Positions 62,211 to 64,000 of a stretch of DNA of 64,000 nt are shown piece by piece. Source of the DNA: Octopus bimaculoides. Lineage: Eukaryota. The position numbers were made by a program, and so were the translations under genes. The stretch covers positions 105,308,835 to 105,372,834 of the forward strand of contig NC_068984.1 of the NCBI RefSeq assembly GCF_001194135.2, read 5' to 3'. The notes beneath the pieces are model-generated. The model was not told where the DNA came from and made no database searches. It was given only the letters and a program-made list of their open reading frames with translations. Each line of letters opens with the position of its first letter. Position 1 is the stretch's first letter.

Positions 62211-63054
62211 TACAGAGAATTTCATAAACAGGAATGAATGGAAAAATGGTTGGTAAATTTTTAGATTAACACTCGCACAATTTTCACTAAGAAAAAAAAG
62301 AATTGGATTTTTTGTGTGGAATCAACTACCCTGGCCTCCTAATATGCTACAAAACCCTTTTTATGNNNNNNNNNNNNNNNNNNNNNNNNNNNNNNNNNNN
62401 NNNNNNNNNNNNNNNNNNNNNNNNNNNNNNNNNNNNNNNNNNNNNNNNNNNNNNNNNNNNNNNNNNNNNNNNNNNNNNNNNNNNNNNNNNNNNNNNNNNN
62501 NNNNNNNNNNNNNNNNNNNNNNNNNNNNNNNNNNNNNNNNNNNNNNNNNNNNNNNNNNNNNNNNNNNNNNNNNNNNNNNNNNNNNNNNNNNNNNNNNNNN
62601 NNNNNNNNNNNNNNNNNNNNNNNNNNNNNNNNNNNNNNNNNNNNNNNNNNNNNNNNNNNNNNNNNNNNNNNNNNNNNNNNNNNNNNNNNNNNNNNNNNNN
62701 NNNNNNNNNNNNNNNNNNNNNNNNNNNNNNNNNNNNNNNNNNNNNNNNNNNNNNNNNNNNNNNNNNNNNNNNNNNNNNNNNNNNNNNNNNNNNNNNNNNN
62801 NNNNNNNNNNNNNNNNNNNNNNNNNNNNNNNNNNNNNNNNNNNNNNNNNNNNNNNNNNNNNNNNNNNNNNNNNNNNNNNNNNNNNNNNNNNNNNNNNNNN
62901 NNNNNNNNNNNNNNNNNNNNNNNNNNNNNNNNNNNNNNNNNNNNNNNNNAAATAAATAAGTGATTTTAAAAAAATATATTTTAATTGTTGTGTGAGAAAG
63001 TATATATAATCTCATTATAAAATATAGTGTCTTTCAAAAACATCCTAAATTTGA

Positions 63055-63452
63055 AGACTATATCTCGTGTTTAAGAAAAAGGAAAGCATTTTACATTTTT
63101 ATTTTTGGTGAACGCTGTCACTCTCTCTCTCTCCCTCACACATACACACACACATCAACACACAACCTCCCTCTCTCCATCACACACACACACACACAAA
63201 TTTCACTTCTCTATGGCAAGAAGGGACTTAACTCATGTTAGCAGATTTAAAAATTGGTAAAAGTTATGGTTGAAAATTGATTTTTACCGCTATCCGTGGG
63301 TGCCTCGGGAAAAATAATTTGATGAAAATACTGCTAGGGTCGTGACGAATGTCATCTTAAAATTGAAGCGACATGCGTGCTAATTTGTGGACGTGCATAA
63401 ATTACATTCACGTACACACACACACACATCCTGCTTTTTATAGATATATAGA
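63055..63452. mobile_element. Probable non-autonomous Helitron/HINE-like element
   Basis: Internal CT/CA microsatellite and a terminal cacacatcctgctttttatagatatatagat typical of such elements; assignment from general resemblance only. Confidence 0.4.
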
Positions 63453-63489
63453 TATTTCCTCTTTTTGAAATCCTCAAAAGTTTGAATTG

Positions 63490-63534
63490 TTCTACTTGAA
63501 CTTATTCTTCCTCACACTTATGTATACATATGTG

Positions 63535-63603
<69 letters not shown>

Positions 63604-63636
63604 GTGTATATACATGTGTGTGTGCACATATATGTA

Positions 63637-63685
<49 letters not shown>

Positions 63686-63907
63686 ATACATATATCTGAA
63701 TCAATTTTCTTCTGTCTTCCTTTTCAATTGGACTTTCTTTTCTGAAGGAGAGCTTTGCTCGAAACGTAAAACCACCTTTCTTTCCTTCCCTGAGTGTCTG
63801 CTATTATATTACATGTACCACGTCCTCACGTTTTTGTTTCTTTCTGTTTGTTCTTCCTTTTTGGGGGATTTTCTATATATATGTAGATATATATGTGTAT
63901 ATATATA

Positions 63908-63944
<37 letters not shown>

Positions 63945-63963
63945 ATGTTTGTATATATATGTT

Positions 63964-64000
<37 letters not shown>
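63490..64000. repeat. (TA)n/(TG)n microsatellite tracts around a short Penelope-type repeat
   Basis: Directly visible. Confidence 0.9.
63735..63775 (+). ncRNA. Degenerate minimal hammerhead-like motif
   Basis: tttt-CTGAAGGA-GAGC(ttt)GCTC-GAAAC-GT-A-aaa: perfect stem II, loopless palindromic stem III, GUA triplet; core deviates from CUGANGA and stem I is weak. Confidence 0.4.

Noticed and set aside
15888-62950. Long ORF-track entries containing X runs (for example 40334-42808, 41655-43004, 62303-62959)
   Set aside because: Artefacts of translating across N-gaps; only the TE segments at their edges are real.

Overview
AT-rich, repeat-dense animal genomic DNA with many N-gaps and (TA)n/(CA)n/(AAT)n microsatellites. 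The SINE/LINE landscape looks cephalopod (Octopus-like), which is an inference. Three host genes are recognisable: PCTP/STARD2 (minus; coding exons at 12172-12297 and 545-659, continuing beyond the window start), a TEX264 first coding exon (minus, 4875-5129) lying inside PCTP intron 1 on the same strand, and a complete two-exon RBM41 (plus; 29064-29408 + 32599-33519). Almost everything else is transposon-derived: HERO-, CRE- and R4/Dong-type RLE retrotransposons, RTE LINEs and their abundant 3' tails, two Ty3/Gypsy LTR elements, Penelope-like elements, mariners, a Helitron helicase, TTAA-flanked piggyBac-type MITEs, other TIR/foldback elements and at least three tRNA-derived SINE families. Most notable: (1) the same-strand nested TEX264 exon has a splice acceptor in phase with PCTP exon 1 (real shared-exon/interleaved architecture, or a scaffolding error); (2) a hammerhead-ribozyme fold at 38151-38226; (3) a 101-bp-arm hairpin in the RBM41 intron; (4) a CRE-type element with twin-priming-like inversion geometry. 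All family assignments come from motif recognition by eye; no searches were run, and repeat boundaries are approximate.
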